Program-made: the position numbers and the translations under genes
Shown: positions 34,269 through 48,392 of the stretch, piece by piece
Position numbering within the stretch: position 1 is the stretch's first letter
Layout of the letters: each line of letters begins with the position of its first letter
Source of the DNA: the human T2T-CHM13v2.0 reference genome, Homo sapiens
DNA: 64,000 nucleotides
Assembly: GCA_009914755.4 (NCBI GenBank)
Contig: CP068257.2
Coordinates: 15,392,001-15,456,000, forward strand
Reading direction: 5' to 3'
The notes under the pieces: model-generated
Told to the model about the DNA's origin: nothing
The model's database searches: none
What the model saw: only the letters and a program-made list of their open reading frames with translations

Positions 34269-35451
34269 GACAGAACTGGTTGTCTATCTCAGCATTAAGT
34301 AATTTAAACAACAACCAGTTATTTAGCTTACAATTCTTATGAGCAGTTGCTGGTCTGTACCAGCCTTTGCTAATCTGGCCTGGGCTTGCCCATGTACCTG
34401 TGGCATTTGGAAGTTCAGTTGTGGCCTAGTTTTAGACTGCCTTAGTCACGTCTTTCCATTTGGCAAATAGCAATAATAACTGCAACTAGGATAATTGGGG
34501 AGGAAGTCAGTTGAATGTGAGAGAATTGGAAATAGAAAGAATAAGCATTTTGGATTTCAAGTTTACTCTATTATAATATAATTAGATTAGCTTATTTTTA
34601 AATGAGCTATTTTTACACTGGTTCATTTTATCCCATCTTGGTCATTTTACTGTTGCCTCAAACAGTAGTTTCTTTCCCCTCCTCCTCCCAGAACTAGTAT
34701 ATATAAAGTCAGATTAAGACCTTACTTATCCATCCAACATCTCATAACTTCTTTAATTTCTTCAAATAGCACATATTCAAAACTTTCAAATATGATTTGC
34801 CTCTTTCTTTTTCTTCTTCCCTTTTCATATTCAATTAGTTGCCAATATCTTCTAAGTACCAGCTCCAGCATCGTTTTCCCGCTTCTATTCCCACTACTTT
34901 CACCATGTCTCAGACTCTCTTTGCTTCTTGCCTGGACTGATGTAATATGTCCCTTGTCAGGCTTATTATATCCAGGTTTGCTCTTCACAATCTACTTACT
35001 GCCTGCAAATCAGTCTTCTTAACTCACAGTTCTGATCGAGCCATTTCCTTCTGCACAAATTTCTATGGTTCTCGATTCTCACCTGAATTTCTCAGCCTAG
35101 TATTAAAAGTTTTCCAGGCTTAGCCCCATTTATGCTTCTAAACTTATTTCCCACTGTTCCACCAATGCTGTGCATCAGCCCAATTGAAAGCTTCAACTTT
35201 CTTTTAAACCCCAAGACATATTTGATCATTCCTACTGCATGGAATATTTTCCCTGGTCTAAAAATTCCCAGCTATGACATTCAGCTCATGTTACTTCCCA
35301 CATGAAGCCTTTTCAATCATCTTAATTGGAAATTCTTATACTCTGAATCATATTCATGGTTATTCCACCAAAATGATATTCATTTCTATTATAGCTATTT
35401 AAATACATAAAACACACATTTTGCCTTACTTAGGAGGTTATATTTTCCTGA

Positions 35452-35809
<358 letters not shown>

Positions 35810-36135
35810 CAATGTTTTACTTTAATATTACACGTGAACATGAAAAATTGTTCATAGTGTTTGGGGACCATTATACATTATGAAAATGGGGATAGAAGAT
35901 AATTTCTAGCAAGGAAGTAAACATATTAAATTTTAGATAAGAGTCCTGAAAGACCAACATGTAGACTATTTTGGTAAAGAATAAAAATACAGCAAGAGGG
36001 ATCGATGTTGAAAAGGTCTAGAAGACAAATAACCAAAGATGAGGGCTTAGAATGTGGTATTAAGTCATAGAGCATCAGAGAAGAGGAAGATATTATGAAT
36101 GTTAAATCAACAAAACATGCTGACTACTCAAGAAA

Positions 36136-36617
<482 letters not shown>

Positions 36618-36892
36618 TCAAAGGAAAAAAAACACAAGTGTGTGATATAAAAATAATAATTAGTTCAGTTTTAAACACCATGTAGCTATTTATTGTTGCA
36701 TAATCATCTCAGAACATGACTTAAGACAGTGAACATTTATTATCTCACAGTTTCTGTGGGTCAGAAATTTAGGAGTACTTTCCTGGGTGATTCTGGGTCT
36801 GAGCCACTCATGAGGTTGCAATCAAGATACTGGTCAGGACTATAGGCATCTGAAGGATTGGCTGGAACTGAAGAATCTGCTTCCAAACTCAC

Positions 36893-37327
36893 TGCTATGA
36901 TTTGGATGCTTGTACCTTGCAAATCTCATGTTGACATTTGATCACCAATGTTGGAGTTGGGGCCTATTGGTACGTGTTTGGGTTATGGGAGCAGATCCCT
37001 CATGAATAGATTAACACCCTCTCTGAGGGAGTGGTGAGTGATTTCTAACTCTATTAGTTCCTGCAAGAGCTAGTTATTTAAAAGAGCCTGTCACCTTCCC
37101 CTTCTCTCTCTTTCTTCTTCTCTTGGCAAGTGATCCCTGCACGTGCTGGCTCCCCTTTGCCTTTTACCATGAGTTGTAGCAACCTGAGGCTCTTACTGGA
37201 AGAAGATACTGGTGCCACGCTTCTTGTTCAGCCTGCAGAAATGTGAGCTGAATAAAACTCTTTTCTTTATACATTACCCAGCCTCAGGTATTTCTTTATA
37301 ACAACACAAATGGACTAAGACATTCAC
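36893..37327 (+). mobile_element. ERVL-MaLR solo LTR, THE1/MST-like, forward orientation.
   Basis: tgctatgatttggatgcttgtaccttgcaaatctcatgttgacatttgatcaccaatgttggagttggggcctattggtacgtgtttgggttatgggagcagatccctcatgaataga...ccatgagttgtagcaacctgag...ctcttttctttatacattacccagcctcaggtatttctttataacaacacaaatggactaagaca. Confidence 0.88.
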
Positions 37328-38289
37328 CCATGTGACCGTGGCTGGAGGCCTGCTCCTTACCTCATGAATCTCTCCATAGGGTTATTGGTGAGTACTAACA
37401 ACATGGCAGCTAGCTTACCTCAAGCTAGTGATCCAAGGGAGAGCAAAAAGGAAGTGACTATGCCTGCCATGACTTAGCCAGAAGTCACACATCCCTTCTG
37501 CTATATTCCATTCATTAGAAGCAAGTTGCTAAGTCCAGCTCACACTCAAAGGGTATGACATTAAGCTTCAACTCTTGAAGGGAGGAATGTCAAAAATATG
37601 TGGACATATTTTAGAAACTTCACAGACATGTTGAGTTTGAGTTTTGTGAGGATACACAGATGGAGATATCCAGTAGCTAGGCTACAGTTTAGAATCAAAA
37701 TCTAGAAAGGAGAGCACACATTTGGAAATCATTAGCTATTTGTGGAAATGGAAGCTATGAATGGTGGAAATTTTAGACAAGCTTGAGATCATTCAGAGAC
37801 TATGTGAAGGCTGAAAAGGAAGAGAACCAAATGTGGATGTATGAGGGAGATTTACACAAAAGGCAAAAGCAGTGCAGGAGTCAACTAGTAGGGCTGAAAA
37901 GAAAAAAACAGAATAGTTTTCATTTCTTGTCATAAAATTCAAGAGAAAAATATTGATTTATTCAGAAAATATTGTGTGCCTCAACATTGGGTAACAATAA
38001 TACATCCCAAGAAAATATCAAGTGAAGTAAGAATTATGGTTTTTTCTTAGTTTTTCAATAGTTTATTGGTGACCTTTTTGCAGTTTCAAAGGTCTAGAGG
38101 AGGTAGATGATGGACCACAGTGGCACGCCCAGAGAATGGAGAATGAGGCAGCGATACAGTTGTTCTTGCAAGTTTAGCTGAGAAGCCAAGGAAAGAGAGA
38201 GAGAACCGTGGCATGTGTAAAGGTTTTGCTGTCTTTTTCCTTAAGTCATCTCAGGCTTCCATTACAAAATACTGTAGTCTGCGCAGTTT

Positions 38290-38609
38290 AAACAAAAAAA
38301 AAGTTATTTCTCACAGTTATGGAGGCTGCAAATCTTAGATCAGTGCCAGCATTTGCCCTCTTCCTGGCTTGCAGATGGCTGCTTCTTTCTGTATTCTTAC
38401 AAGATGGAGTGGGCAGGGGGGAGAGGGAGGGTGGATCCCTCCCTTCTCTTCTTCTTATTATAAGGACCCCAATCCCATCATGGGAACCCTGCCCTCATTA
38501 CCTCATTTAAACCTAATTACCTTCTAATGACCCTACCTCCAAATAACATCTTATTAGAGGTTAAGGCTTCAACATATAAATTTGGGGATAGGGGGACACA
38601 GGCATCCCA
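38290..38609 (-). mobile_element. ERVL-MaLR-type LTR (MST/MLT-like), partial. Same family as 27955-28317 and 53131-53505.
   Basis: aagttatttctcacagttatggaggctgcaaatcttagatcagtgccagcatttgccctcttcctggcttgcagatggctgcttctttctgtattcttacaagatggagtg...ccccaatcccatcatgggaaccctgccctcattacctcatttaaacc...aggttaaggcttcaacatataaatttggggatagggggacacag. Confidence 0.65.
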
Positions 38610-39001
38610 TTCCATAACCCTTTCACAATGTTTTTTTTCTCTACTTTGTATTATAAAGTTGTCAACCATGTAATAAGTAGAGACTAGTATAACAAACCCC
38701 ACGTACCCAGCTTCTTTTCTCTCTTGCAACCCCATTTCCTACAAACTATAGGCAGAACATTTTTTTAAATGTAGAATCTTGAGCATGATCTCATGAGGTG
38801 AAAGTCAATAGAAATCAAGGCTAAATGCTCAGAAAATAGATAATAAATGTCTAGTCAGTTTTCATGTACTTCTTTTAATGTTATTCTCACATTCCATAGG
38901 AAATTAGATGCTTTGGAGAAGGGAAATGAGCATGGGATTTTGAGTCAGCAAATCTATCTAGGATGCCATCCACAATATCAGCCCTATGACTTTTATGGCG
39001 A

Positions 39002-39113
39002 AATTTCTTAACACCACCAACTTGAGCTTCCTTATTTTGGTGACATTGAAAGAGGATACTGAGGTGATAATACTTAAATAAACAATACATAAAGGGCTTC
39101 TTCTAAGAAGTAA
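39002..39113 (+). repeat. Copy 1 of a ~112-bp dispersed duplicate (partner at 41008-41121, ~2 kb away, same orientation).
   Basis: aaatttcttaacaccaccaacttgagcttccttattttggtgacattgaaagaggatactgaggtgataatacttaaataaacaatacataaagggcttcttctaagaagtaac. Confidence 0.75.
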
Positions 39114-41007
39114 CTGAAAAAAGAAATAAATGAAATAACATAAACAGAAATATCTGGAAACCTAAAAAACTGTAGAGTCAACTTACTATCCCCAATGTAC
39201 CAAGAGAAACAGGTACAGGTTAAGTACACTACCTAATATCACTCAGCCAGCAGTAAATGAAAGGGCCTGAATGTTAGTCACCCCACCTCAAATTCATGGC
39301 TCTTTCTGCTTTACTATGTTGTCTTTCTTGCTTATAGGTGATATTCAACGAATAACGGAGGATAAATAAGACTAAATTCCATCCTCTAACTGTACTAGTA
39401 CCTAACGTCTTCATTAGGCCAGTTTTTAAGATTTTTTTAGAACAATTTTGATTTTAGCTGGTAATACAATATGTTTCCCCAATTCACTGTTTTAATACGC
39501 TAATTTTAAAAGTTGAATTTTCTATTGTCCAAAGGCACAGAGCAATTTATGTGTAAAGAATGGGGCTCTAATTCCTGAATCTCTACATCTGCTGTTTCAA
39601 GACATATGGCTTTCTTTTGAAAATACTTAACATATATGGTTTTTAAATGGTTTCTCAGGAATGTTTGAAATAACATGAACATAAATTTTGCAAAAGGAAG
39701 TGTAATAAATGTTTCTAATGCCAATTTAAGAAATGGTTAAAAATAAAACAGTAATCTTTAATCCATCATTCAAAATAAATTCATGCTAGTTTTTAAGATG
39801 ATTGAAACCATCATCTTTAAATTTTTGAATGCATATCTTTTACATTATTTTTAAATAAAATATTTGTGAAATAAACAGCACTTCTTACATTCTGTGTTGA
39901 AACACATTGGGCATTATTTAATTTATTCTTGATGAATTATGGTTATTGCTATGAACCTAAGTTATTTTCATGCTCTGTGACAGAGATGCTATAAGACTTC
40001 TGGAAGCTTGCTTAATCATACATAAGCAGCCAAGCTCCTAAGCTTTTAACTTTAAATCTACTCTTTGTCATTTTTTTATCTCTTCCCATGCTATCAATCA
40101 TCATCATGAGATGTTACATCTTACTGCTATAGTGCACCTTCTTGTTCTGTCCATTCTCTTTCAATTTATAACTTATAACTTCTATGGACCAGAAATTCCA
40201 AAATCAGTGAAGCTAGTTGAATAAGATTGACCCTTAGAAAAGTTGTAGACACAAAACTAAAGACAAGTGGAATGAACATTGAGGACTTCATTTCATGATG
40301 AAATGGATTCTGAGACATAGAAATAAAGAATAGTAAACTACACCGAAGTGGGAATGGCATAAGTCAGAGGATAAGGAATCTTTCCCAAATAACATGCTAA
40401 GTTACCTGCTCCAGGGGAAGCACACAAGTAACAAAAGTGCAAAATAGCTTTCTTTTTTTCCTATACTTGATTCCTACAAATAGGATCTGCAAGAGAAAGA
40501 TTAGATATAGAATTGCAGAATCCATGCTCTTCAAATTCAACATTGTATTCCATCACCCTAAGTAGATGCCTCTTTATGTGGTATATACACTTTACGGCTA
40601 CCACAGGTCCCATCTAAACTATAACTTCACAGATTTAAGGAACAGAATCATAAACGAGGAACTTTCTGCATTCAAGAAATTGTTGTTTCTCTTGAATACC
40701 ATGAGACATAGCTGAGATTACTCACTCCAGATAGTCATTTATCAGGGTTTATTTCCTGTATTTAGTATGTTCATTACATGGTAAACTCATTCCCATTAAC
40801 CAGGAAGCTGATTTTCTCCCAGGTTGACCTCCTTCAAATTACTTTTTTCTTCTCCCCTCAGAGTCTGTGAATCCAATTAAAGAAATTTCCATATGTTCTG
40901 ATCCTATAGTCTTACTAGAATAAGAGTCTTTGGGTTCCTTTCCTGGTCTTGAGCTAGTGAATACTTTCCACACAGAAACAGTTTTAGATCACCTGATGGT
41001 GATGGCA

Positions 41008-41121
41008 ACATTTCTTAACATCACCAACTTGAGCTTCTTTATTTTGGTGACATTGAAAGAGGATACTGAGGCGATAATACTTAAGTAAATAATACATAAA
41101 GGGCTTCTTCTAAGAAGTAAC
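41008..41121 (+). repeat. Copy 2 of the ~112-bp dispersed duplicate.
   Basis: aacatttcttaacatcaccaacttgagcttctttattttggtgacattgaaagaggatactgaggcgataatacttaagtaaataatacataaagggcttcttctaagaagtaac; about 94% identical to copy 1 by eye. Confidence 0.75.
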
Positions 41122-43082
41122 ATGAAGGACATGAGCAGAACACACAAAAGACACAGTCTCTGTTTTCACTCTTACTATAAGATGTTAATTTGTCTTTGAA
41201 CTTATTTATTTCTCTACTCGGCTACTCACAGAAAAGCCACTGGACTTTAGGAAGAAGTGTAATTTAACCAACCCGAGGAAATAAGAAACCAGAAGACCTA
41301 GACTAGAGTGGCCAAGAGCTAATACATATATATTATAATAAATCTTTAGCAAACCACAAAAGTGAACTGCTACATGTATCCAAAAACGTGGGAGAGGAGG
41401 CAATGATCACCTACATCCATGGCTTAACCTGCCAAATGAACACAGGTGCTACCAATAGCCCTATATCTTGGCAGGAGTTGGGGGTGGGTGCTGGGTAGTG
41501 TGTCAGGAGATGAGGGAACTGTGAAAATAACTTAAGAGTTTGGCCTGATAGGGACTACATGGGGGTCATGTCCAGATCTACCTTCTGATCCTGAGCCAGA
41601 CCAAGCTTCTTTCATTATAGTGTGACTGCTGTGCTGGTAAAATATCAATCATTTTGCATTTTGGTTACTTGTGTGCTGCCCCTGAAGCAGATAACTTAGC
41701 ATGTTAATGCCCTCTAATTTCTCACCTATAAAGCTTGAGGTCCAAATTCATCCTCCATTACAAATCTTAGAAACCTAATCATGAAACGGTCCTTGCATTA
41801 CTATTGAGTTTGGGGATGAGAATTACTCACTCACTGTCATGGAAATCACTAAAAATTATAAAACTGGTTTGTGTTTTAGGAGCACAGCAGTTGCATTCCA
41901 GAACAGAAGAAGCTTGGTCTGGCTCAGGTTCCAGCCAGAAAGCCTGAGCTCTCAGAAGGTAGATCTGGACATGACCCCAATCTAGTCTTGTGACAAGAAA
42001 AATCACTCTAGGACCAACAAGGATTAAGAAAATGTGTCTGATAACTGCCCTTACCCACAATAATACAAATAAACAAATAAACATTTTGAGCAAAATTATG
42101 AAATGAATCAGAACTCCAGAATCTTCCTGTCATCTGAGGAAATAAAGCCAAAATAGCAGAATGTAGTAAAATGTTTATAAAATCAAATACCAAAAGGGAA
42201 ATACCCCTAGACCATGAACACAAGAGTGATTACCAAGGAAAAGGACAGTAGATCTGACATGACTGGATCCATCGTTCACGTACTATGCTTTCAACATCAA
42301 AGATGCTGAAATCAGTAAATGAAAAGTAGTTGGTCCAGCTTGCAATGCCAGAAGCTTTTTGCTCTAAACAAGGCCTCCAAATACATTAAAATAACTTGGA
42401 AGAGAACAAACTATGGCCTCCGTAACCTCTTTTCTACCAAGCAGATTCACTTTTCTTGTGAATATGTCAGACAGTTCCAGAAAAAAGTGGGTGGTAGAGG
42501 ATGATAAAAGATATCTGAGATATACAAGTACTAAGCAGAAAACATTACAAGAAAAATAAATAGATAAGACAGATAAACTTTAATAAACTTTTATAAGAAA
42601 GTAGGAAAATGAATTTGCCAACTAGTTTATGAAGTTGCTATAATCTTGATAAATAAACTAAATATGAAGTAAGATACAATAAGAAAGCTAGTCCAAATCC
42701 AAAAAAATGTAATGTTTAGAGATACAGATATAATGATGCTCATGGAGAAATTTTTTCAATCATGCAAAGATGATTTAATCTCATCTGTGCAATTCAATTT
42801 ACCACAGAAATAAAAGAGAAAAAAACACAATCTTCTGAATAAATGCAAAAATATATATATATATAAAATAACATTCAAGGCCTACATATGATTTTGAGAA
42901 AAGGGGAAAAACTCATGCTAAACTGAAAGCAGATAGTTTCCCTGCTTTAATGAAAACTATGATACTGCAGCAGGTGTCCTACTTAATGAAGAAACTAGGT
43001 GTGCGATTAGACAAGGATGCTCAGAACTGCTACTATATTTCTAGAGCGAACATGAGATTCTAGTTAAAGCAATAATATAAGG

Positions 43083-43255
43083 GAAAAAAGTCCAGGCACT
43101 CTGGCTGACCCCTGTAATCCCAGCACTTTGGGAGTCTGAGGCAGGAGGATTGCTTGAGCCCAGGAGTTTGAGGTTACAGTGAGCTATGATCGCACCACTG
43201 CACTCCACGTTGGGCAACAGAGCAAGGCCCTGTCTCAATAAAAAATAAAAATTAA
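43083..43255 (+). mobile_element. Alu fragment (~165 bp, monomer-length or internally deleted) with an A-rich tail.
   Basis: gtccaggcactctggctgacccctgtaatcccagcactttgggagtctgaggcaggaggattgcttgagcccaggagtttgaggttacagtgagctatgatcgcaccactgcactccacgttgggcaacagagcaaggccctgtctcaataaaaaataaaaattaaaaa. Track ORF 43041-43238(-) is spurious. Confidence 0.85.
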
Positions 43256-45404
43256 AAATCTTAAGGTGTAGTGGTTGGAAAACAAGGAGTAAAAATATCT
43301 CTATATGCAGTTGGTAAATAATTTTTGCACAACCAAAAGAATCCTCAAACCCTTAGAACTATTAAATGTGTTCATCAAGTTTGTCGAATATAAGATTAAT
43401 ACGCAAAACAATAACAACAACAACAAAAACTGTTCCTCAACGCCAATGATTATCAAAATGGGGATGATTTTTCCTGCTAGCAGACATTTGACAAAATATG
43501 AAAACATTCTCGTTATCACAGTTGGGCGGTGTGAGAGGTGGGTGCTATAGCCATCTAGTGAGTAGAGACCAGAGATGCTGCTAAATATCTTACAATGCAC
43601 AGGACAGCCTCCTATAATGAAGAATTATCCAAGCCAAAACATTAATTACAAGGCTGTTGAGAAATGCTGCTCCTCATCAGAACACTAACCAGTGAAAAAA
43701 TGTTATAAAAAATGAGAAAACCTTCACAATAGCAATACAAACTATAAAGTATGTACAGATAACCTAACAAGATATTTACACGAGCTTAATGGAGAAAATG
43801 TTAAGCTCTCTTCAATGGCCGAAATGAGACAGTATTTTATATTTGTGACTGTACTTATTTAATTTAATAAAATTATTAATTATTTTCTAAAGTCACCAAT
43901 ATATTTTTTAAATACAATTTTTTAAAATTATCAATATTTGAAGAATTTGTTAATCTGATTCTGAAGTTTCTAGTAGGGTAGCAGAGGAATCTTACCCTTC
44001 ATTTTTTGGGTAGTTGGTAACTTCTCCAAAAAGTATAATATAAAACAAGATGTAGAAACAAATAGGAGTGCAGTATTTACAGGCATCGATTTCTTAGCCC
44101 AGTGACAATTGTAGCAATCTTCAATATATAGAGTTTAGCTTATTTGAAGATAACCAAAGTTTTGCATCTTAAAGAATAAAATTACAGATCTATGCTCACT
44201 AGAAAATTAGTTTTTAAAACAATATTCATGGTATTTTAACATCGTTGTTTAAAGCATGCATCCTATAGCTGCACACTAAATAAAGACGAAATGATCAGAT
44301 AGAACGTTTGAAATGTCATTTTTCCTTTGCTCTTCCCTAACATGGCATTCTGCTAATTTTAGTGCATGTTTTATATCAAAACTCTCTAACTCTAATCTCC
44401 CAGAAACTGATTAATCTGCATTAATAGCCTTTCTGGGAAGTTGTAAGTTTAATCAATTTTTATTTGATAAGGGTCTCTAATGCTTTTAGCGATGGGTGAC
44501 TTACTGAGCAACAAACTGTTTCAAAACCATCAGCATTTTCTGAAGTTATGTCAGATGTTGATAAAGTGAAATTCCTCATACAATACAGGAATGTGATTCT
44601 CAATTCTTTATCCACCGAGTTTAACAAAGATAGAGGGCCCTCAAAATGTTATCCAAATACTGAAGAGAGATAACTTATTAAAACAGTATTTCTTCATAAT
44701 CTGGACACTTTTGGTTCCAGATAGTGCAGGCTATTTTCTCAATGACCTGATGGAGCTATAGAAGTCGCTGTTTGACTTGGTTTTCAAATGTCTATCCACT
44801 ACAATGAAGATGTTAACTGTGGTTAACTGTCACTTTTTGCACTGAATGCCCTACCTCTGAGCTGCACCCTAATTCACTATATCTGAACAGTTTTTTTAGA
44901 GTTTCATAACCCTTTACATCAACCATCTTATATTATCCTCACAACAACCTTACAAGGTAAAAGAGAATAGGAATGTTGCTTTACCAGTGGGGAAATGAGC
45001 TCAATGACCTTATGTCCTCCAAAGTTTTGATGGTTTTGTACTAACTCCTACCACTTTTTATCTGGGAGCGCTCCCATCCAATCTGTCAGGACACACCAAG
45101 TGGCTTGATGTGAGCAGGATGCAATTTGTGGCTGGTAGACTTGCAGGATTCTTGAGGGTAAAGCCCTCTTATTCTTCTCTGTGTCCTCAGTGCCCAGTGT
45201 AATACCTATGTAGAGGACAAGAAATATACTTCCTCATTCATCACTAGATGTATGGCTGAAGCCCCTATTATAAAAGACAGAATATCAGGAGAAAACCATA
45301 CAAATGTATTTAATGTAAGTTTTAAAAGAAACTAATATAAGTTTTCCTTATTAAGGAAATGAAGACCCAGAAAAATGAGTTTACCTGTGTATTTTTTTCT
45401 TTTT

Positions 45405-45610
45405 GATACATTCTTCTTATGTTACCCAAGCTGCAGTGCAGTGGCATGATTGTAGCTCATTGAAACCTTGATTTCCTGGGCTCAGCCTCCCGAGTAGATG
45501 GGACTATAGGCACATACCCCCACACCCAGCTAATTTTTTGTACAATGCCCAGGATGGTCTTGAACTCCTGAGCTCAAGTAATCTGCCTGCTTTGACCTCC
45601 CAAGCGTACC
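45405..45610 (-). mobile_element. Old Alu (AluJ-like) fragment with an internal deletion, reverse orientation.
   Basis: ...gttacccaagctgcagtgcagtggcatgattgtagctcattgaaaccttgatttcctgggctcagcctcccgagtagatgggactataggcacatacccccacacccagctaattttttgtacaatgcccaggatggtcttgaactcctgagctcaagtaatctgcctgctttgacctcccaagcg. Confidence 0.8.
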
Positions 45611-46011
45611 TCTATCTTTTTTTAATGCTAAGTTTGATGAAGCAGATAGTCACGAAGATGTAGAGTCGGACAAAGGGGCTATGAGCTAATGGTAATAAAC
45701 CGGGGGAACTTAGCAAGTCCTGTTTGTTCATATCCTTCTCTGTGTCCCTTCTCTGTGTCCCTGTGTCTTCAGATATAAGGATGTTCCTTTCCTCCAGGTA
45801 TAGGGAGGGCATCTCTCAAATGAAGATCTTATGACCTGCTTCAGGGGAAGGTCAGAAAATTCTCCCTAGGATTTATTACCTGCTTTGAGGGAGAAGGGCA
45901 GCAAAAAATCAAAGAAGACTTTTCCTACTTCTTTGGTTTTCTCAAATTCCTTACTTTAAAAGGTTTGAAGGTAGCATGTCCTGAACCCCATCACCTATAT
46001 GCATACAGAAA

Positions 46012-46089
46012 TCACACACATGCATGCACATGCACACACACAGACACACGCACACACACAGACACACGCGCACACACACACACACACAC
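46012..46089. repeat. Imperfect (CA)n/(CACAGA)n microsatellite.
   Basis: acacacatgcatgcacatgcacacacacagacacacgcacacacacagacacacgcgcacacacacacacacacac. Track ORF 45999-46382 begins with its translation (HTHAHTQT...). Confidence 0.9.
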
Positions 46090-46699
46090 TTTTATTTAAA
46101 TTAAATTCTGAACTCCAGTGGTCTGTTCCTCTGCTGCCACCCACTGCCCCAGCAAGCCCACACAGCTTTACACACCATATGGGCCTAGAGTTTTCAAATT
46201 ACTTATTTGGCAATGTACGACCCCAAACACTCTGCTTTCTCTCAAATCCACATCTGTATGCCTTTACACCTAGTATTTCTTTCCCTCTTTGTCTTGCAGA
46301 ACTAAGTCCCCCTCTTCCTTCCAGATGCAGGCCAAATGTCAGCTCTTCTCTGATTCCCACCTCAGGCAAGATCAAGGAGTAAATCACTCCCTGCCATCCC
46401 ACCCTTTACTGCCCTCAATTATTGCAGAGCAAGATAAGATCTGTGCTGTAAGTGGCTGGTCTTAGGAGAGATTATAACACTGAAGTGCTTGAAGAAAATG
46501 AAGAAAACCATTCTGTTTGACATTATTTAAATAAGCTGTTTCAATGAAGATTTACTGCCCTGTATTCAACAGAAAATTTTAGTGCCCGAGTAACATCCCT
46601 TTGTTTAAGAATTAAAATTAAAAGACTAACTCCAGAATGGAAGGCAAAAAGAGTGTTCCAATGCTATAGAACCACTTTTTAGTATCATGCAATTTCCAC

Positions 46700-47150
46700 A
46701 TTGCTATGATTTTAATATGGCTTGGCCAAAACCTCATGTCGAAAATTTGGTCCCCAATGTGGCAGTGTTGGAAGTGGGATAAAATGGAAGGTGTTTGGGT
46801 CATGGGGGCAGGTCTCTCGTGAACAGACTAATGCCCTTCCTCAGGGATGAAGGAGTTCTCCCTCTCAAGAAAATGGATTGGTTCCAATGAGAGTGGGTTG
46901 TTTAAAAACAGTATGGCTTTCTTGGCTTCTCTCTCTCTTGCTTCCTCTCTCACCATATGGCCTCTGCACACACCAGCTCACCTTCTGCTTTCTGCCATGA
47001 GTGAAAGCAGTATGAGGCCCTCACCAGATGCAGCTGTCCATTCTTGGACTTTTCAGCCACCAGAATCATAAGCCAAATAATCTTCTTTTTTTTTTAATAA
47101 ATTACCCAGCCTTGGATATTCTGTTACAGCAATAAAAAACAGACTAACAT
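46700..47150 (+). mobile_element. ERVL-MaLR solo LTR (MST/MLT1-like), forward orientation.
   Basis: ...tatggcttggccaaaacctcatgtcgaaaatttggtccccaatgtggcagtgttggaagtgggat...gtttgggtcatgggggcaggtctctcgtgaacagactaatgccc...cagccaccagaatcataagccaaataatcttctttttttttaataaattacccagccttggatattctgttacagcaataaaaaacagactaacat. Confidence 0.8.
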
Positions 47151-47535
47151 AGATATATAATATATTTGTAAAGCAAACATGAAATAACCATGGCAGGGAT
47201 GACCAATTAGCAAATTTATTGCTTAAAATTCTATATAAAATGCATATTATTATCTTCAGACAATTGTTTGAGTAAACTATTGTCTTAATTTCAATATTAT
47301 CAATGTCATTAAAAGTAATAGTTGTTTTATTTACCAAGTACAATTCCACACGGACTAGATTCAGTCATTTTTGTTTAAGTTTTTGTTTTTATTTTTATGC
47401 ATAAAACCATGATATAACTAAAATCAATTTCTAAAAAAATTGATTTTATTTTTGTAGACTGGATTTTCTTTATTAATTACAATGTACAATTGGGCTTTGT
47501 CTCTGATCGGGTTTTAGTACCTATAAGTTAAGGTA

Positions 47536-47582
47536 CTTATAGTGAAAAGTCACTTACAGTGAAAACTTACAGTGAAAAGTCA
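47536..47582. repeat. Short tandem triplication of a ~15-bp unit (cttacagtgaaaagt).
   Basis: cttatagtgaaaagtcacttacagtgaaaacttacagtgaaaagtcaag. Confidence 0.6.
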
Positions 47583-48264
47583 AGATTTATAAATATAAAA
47601 TAATATCTCTTGGGATCTAATTTCAAGTGGCTAAAAGCCTTAATAAATTAGCTTTGTAAATATAAGCATTAATGGAAATATGATTTGTTAAATTGCTAAT
47701 TCTTCTCTTAATATTTTTCTGGTTGTCTAAACACAGAAATCTCTGTATATAAAAGCCATGTAGAAATAAATCAATATATATATTTCTTAACTGTGGATTG
47801 ACCCTCCCTCCCTGAATGATTTCTTTAAATGATAAATTAAAACTGATCAAGTGAGAAAATATATGTGAAATCATTTGAAAGTTAAAAAGCTATAAAAATG
47901 TAAGATACTCTTATTTAACTGCACTCAATGAAACCATCTGAAGACTAGCATTCTACCATCTAGTTTTTTCTTTTGATAGTTCCAAACTGGTAATTGGTTT
48001 ACATTATCTCTGTTAGAATTTCTACTATAGTATAGTCTAGGAAGAAAAGCAAACAAAATCTAAAATATTGTATCCCTGAGTATTAAAGGCAAATCCTATG
48101 AATACTTCTAAAGAGGTAATCAAATCACTTTTAAAAAATTATTATAGCAAGGAAATGAGTTGTATATTGTATTTTCAGTTCTTGTGCATTTTTGTATTTT
48201 GCCTTTTCACCTGATTACATGTTAGAAATCATATATGTTTTTCTCTATTCTCTTTTTCTAGAAA

Positions 48265-48266
<2 letters not shown>

Positions 48267-48353
<87 letters not shown>

Positions 48354-48392
48354 GATATATAGATATATCTATCTATCTATCTATCTATCTAT
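48267..48392. repeat. Compound microsatellite (AT)n-(AG)n-(ATCT)n.
   Basis: atatatat...(about 19 units) then agagagag...(about 23 units) then acagatatatagatatatctatctatctatctatctatctat. Confidence 0.95.

Noticed and set aside
46847-47349. ORFs 46847-47071 (+, 74 aa) and 47053-47349 (-, 98 aa).
   Set aside because: They lie inside or adjacent to the MaLR LTR at 46700-47150. They have no homology signal I recognise and typical random-ORF length for AT-rich DNA.
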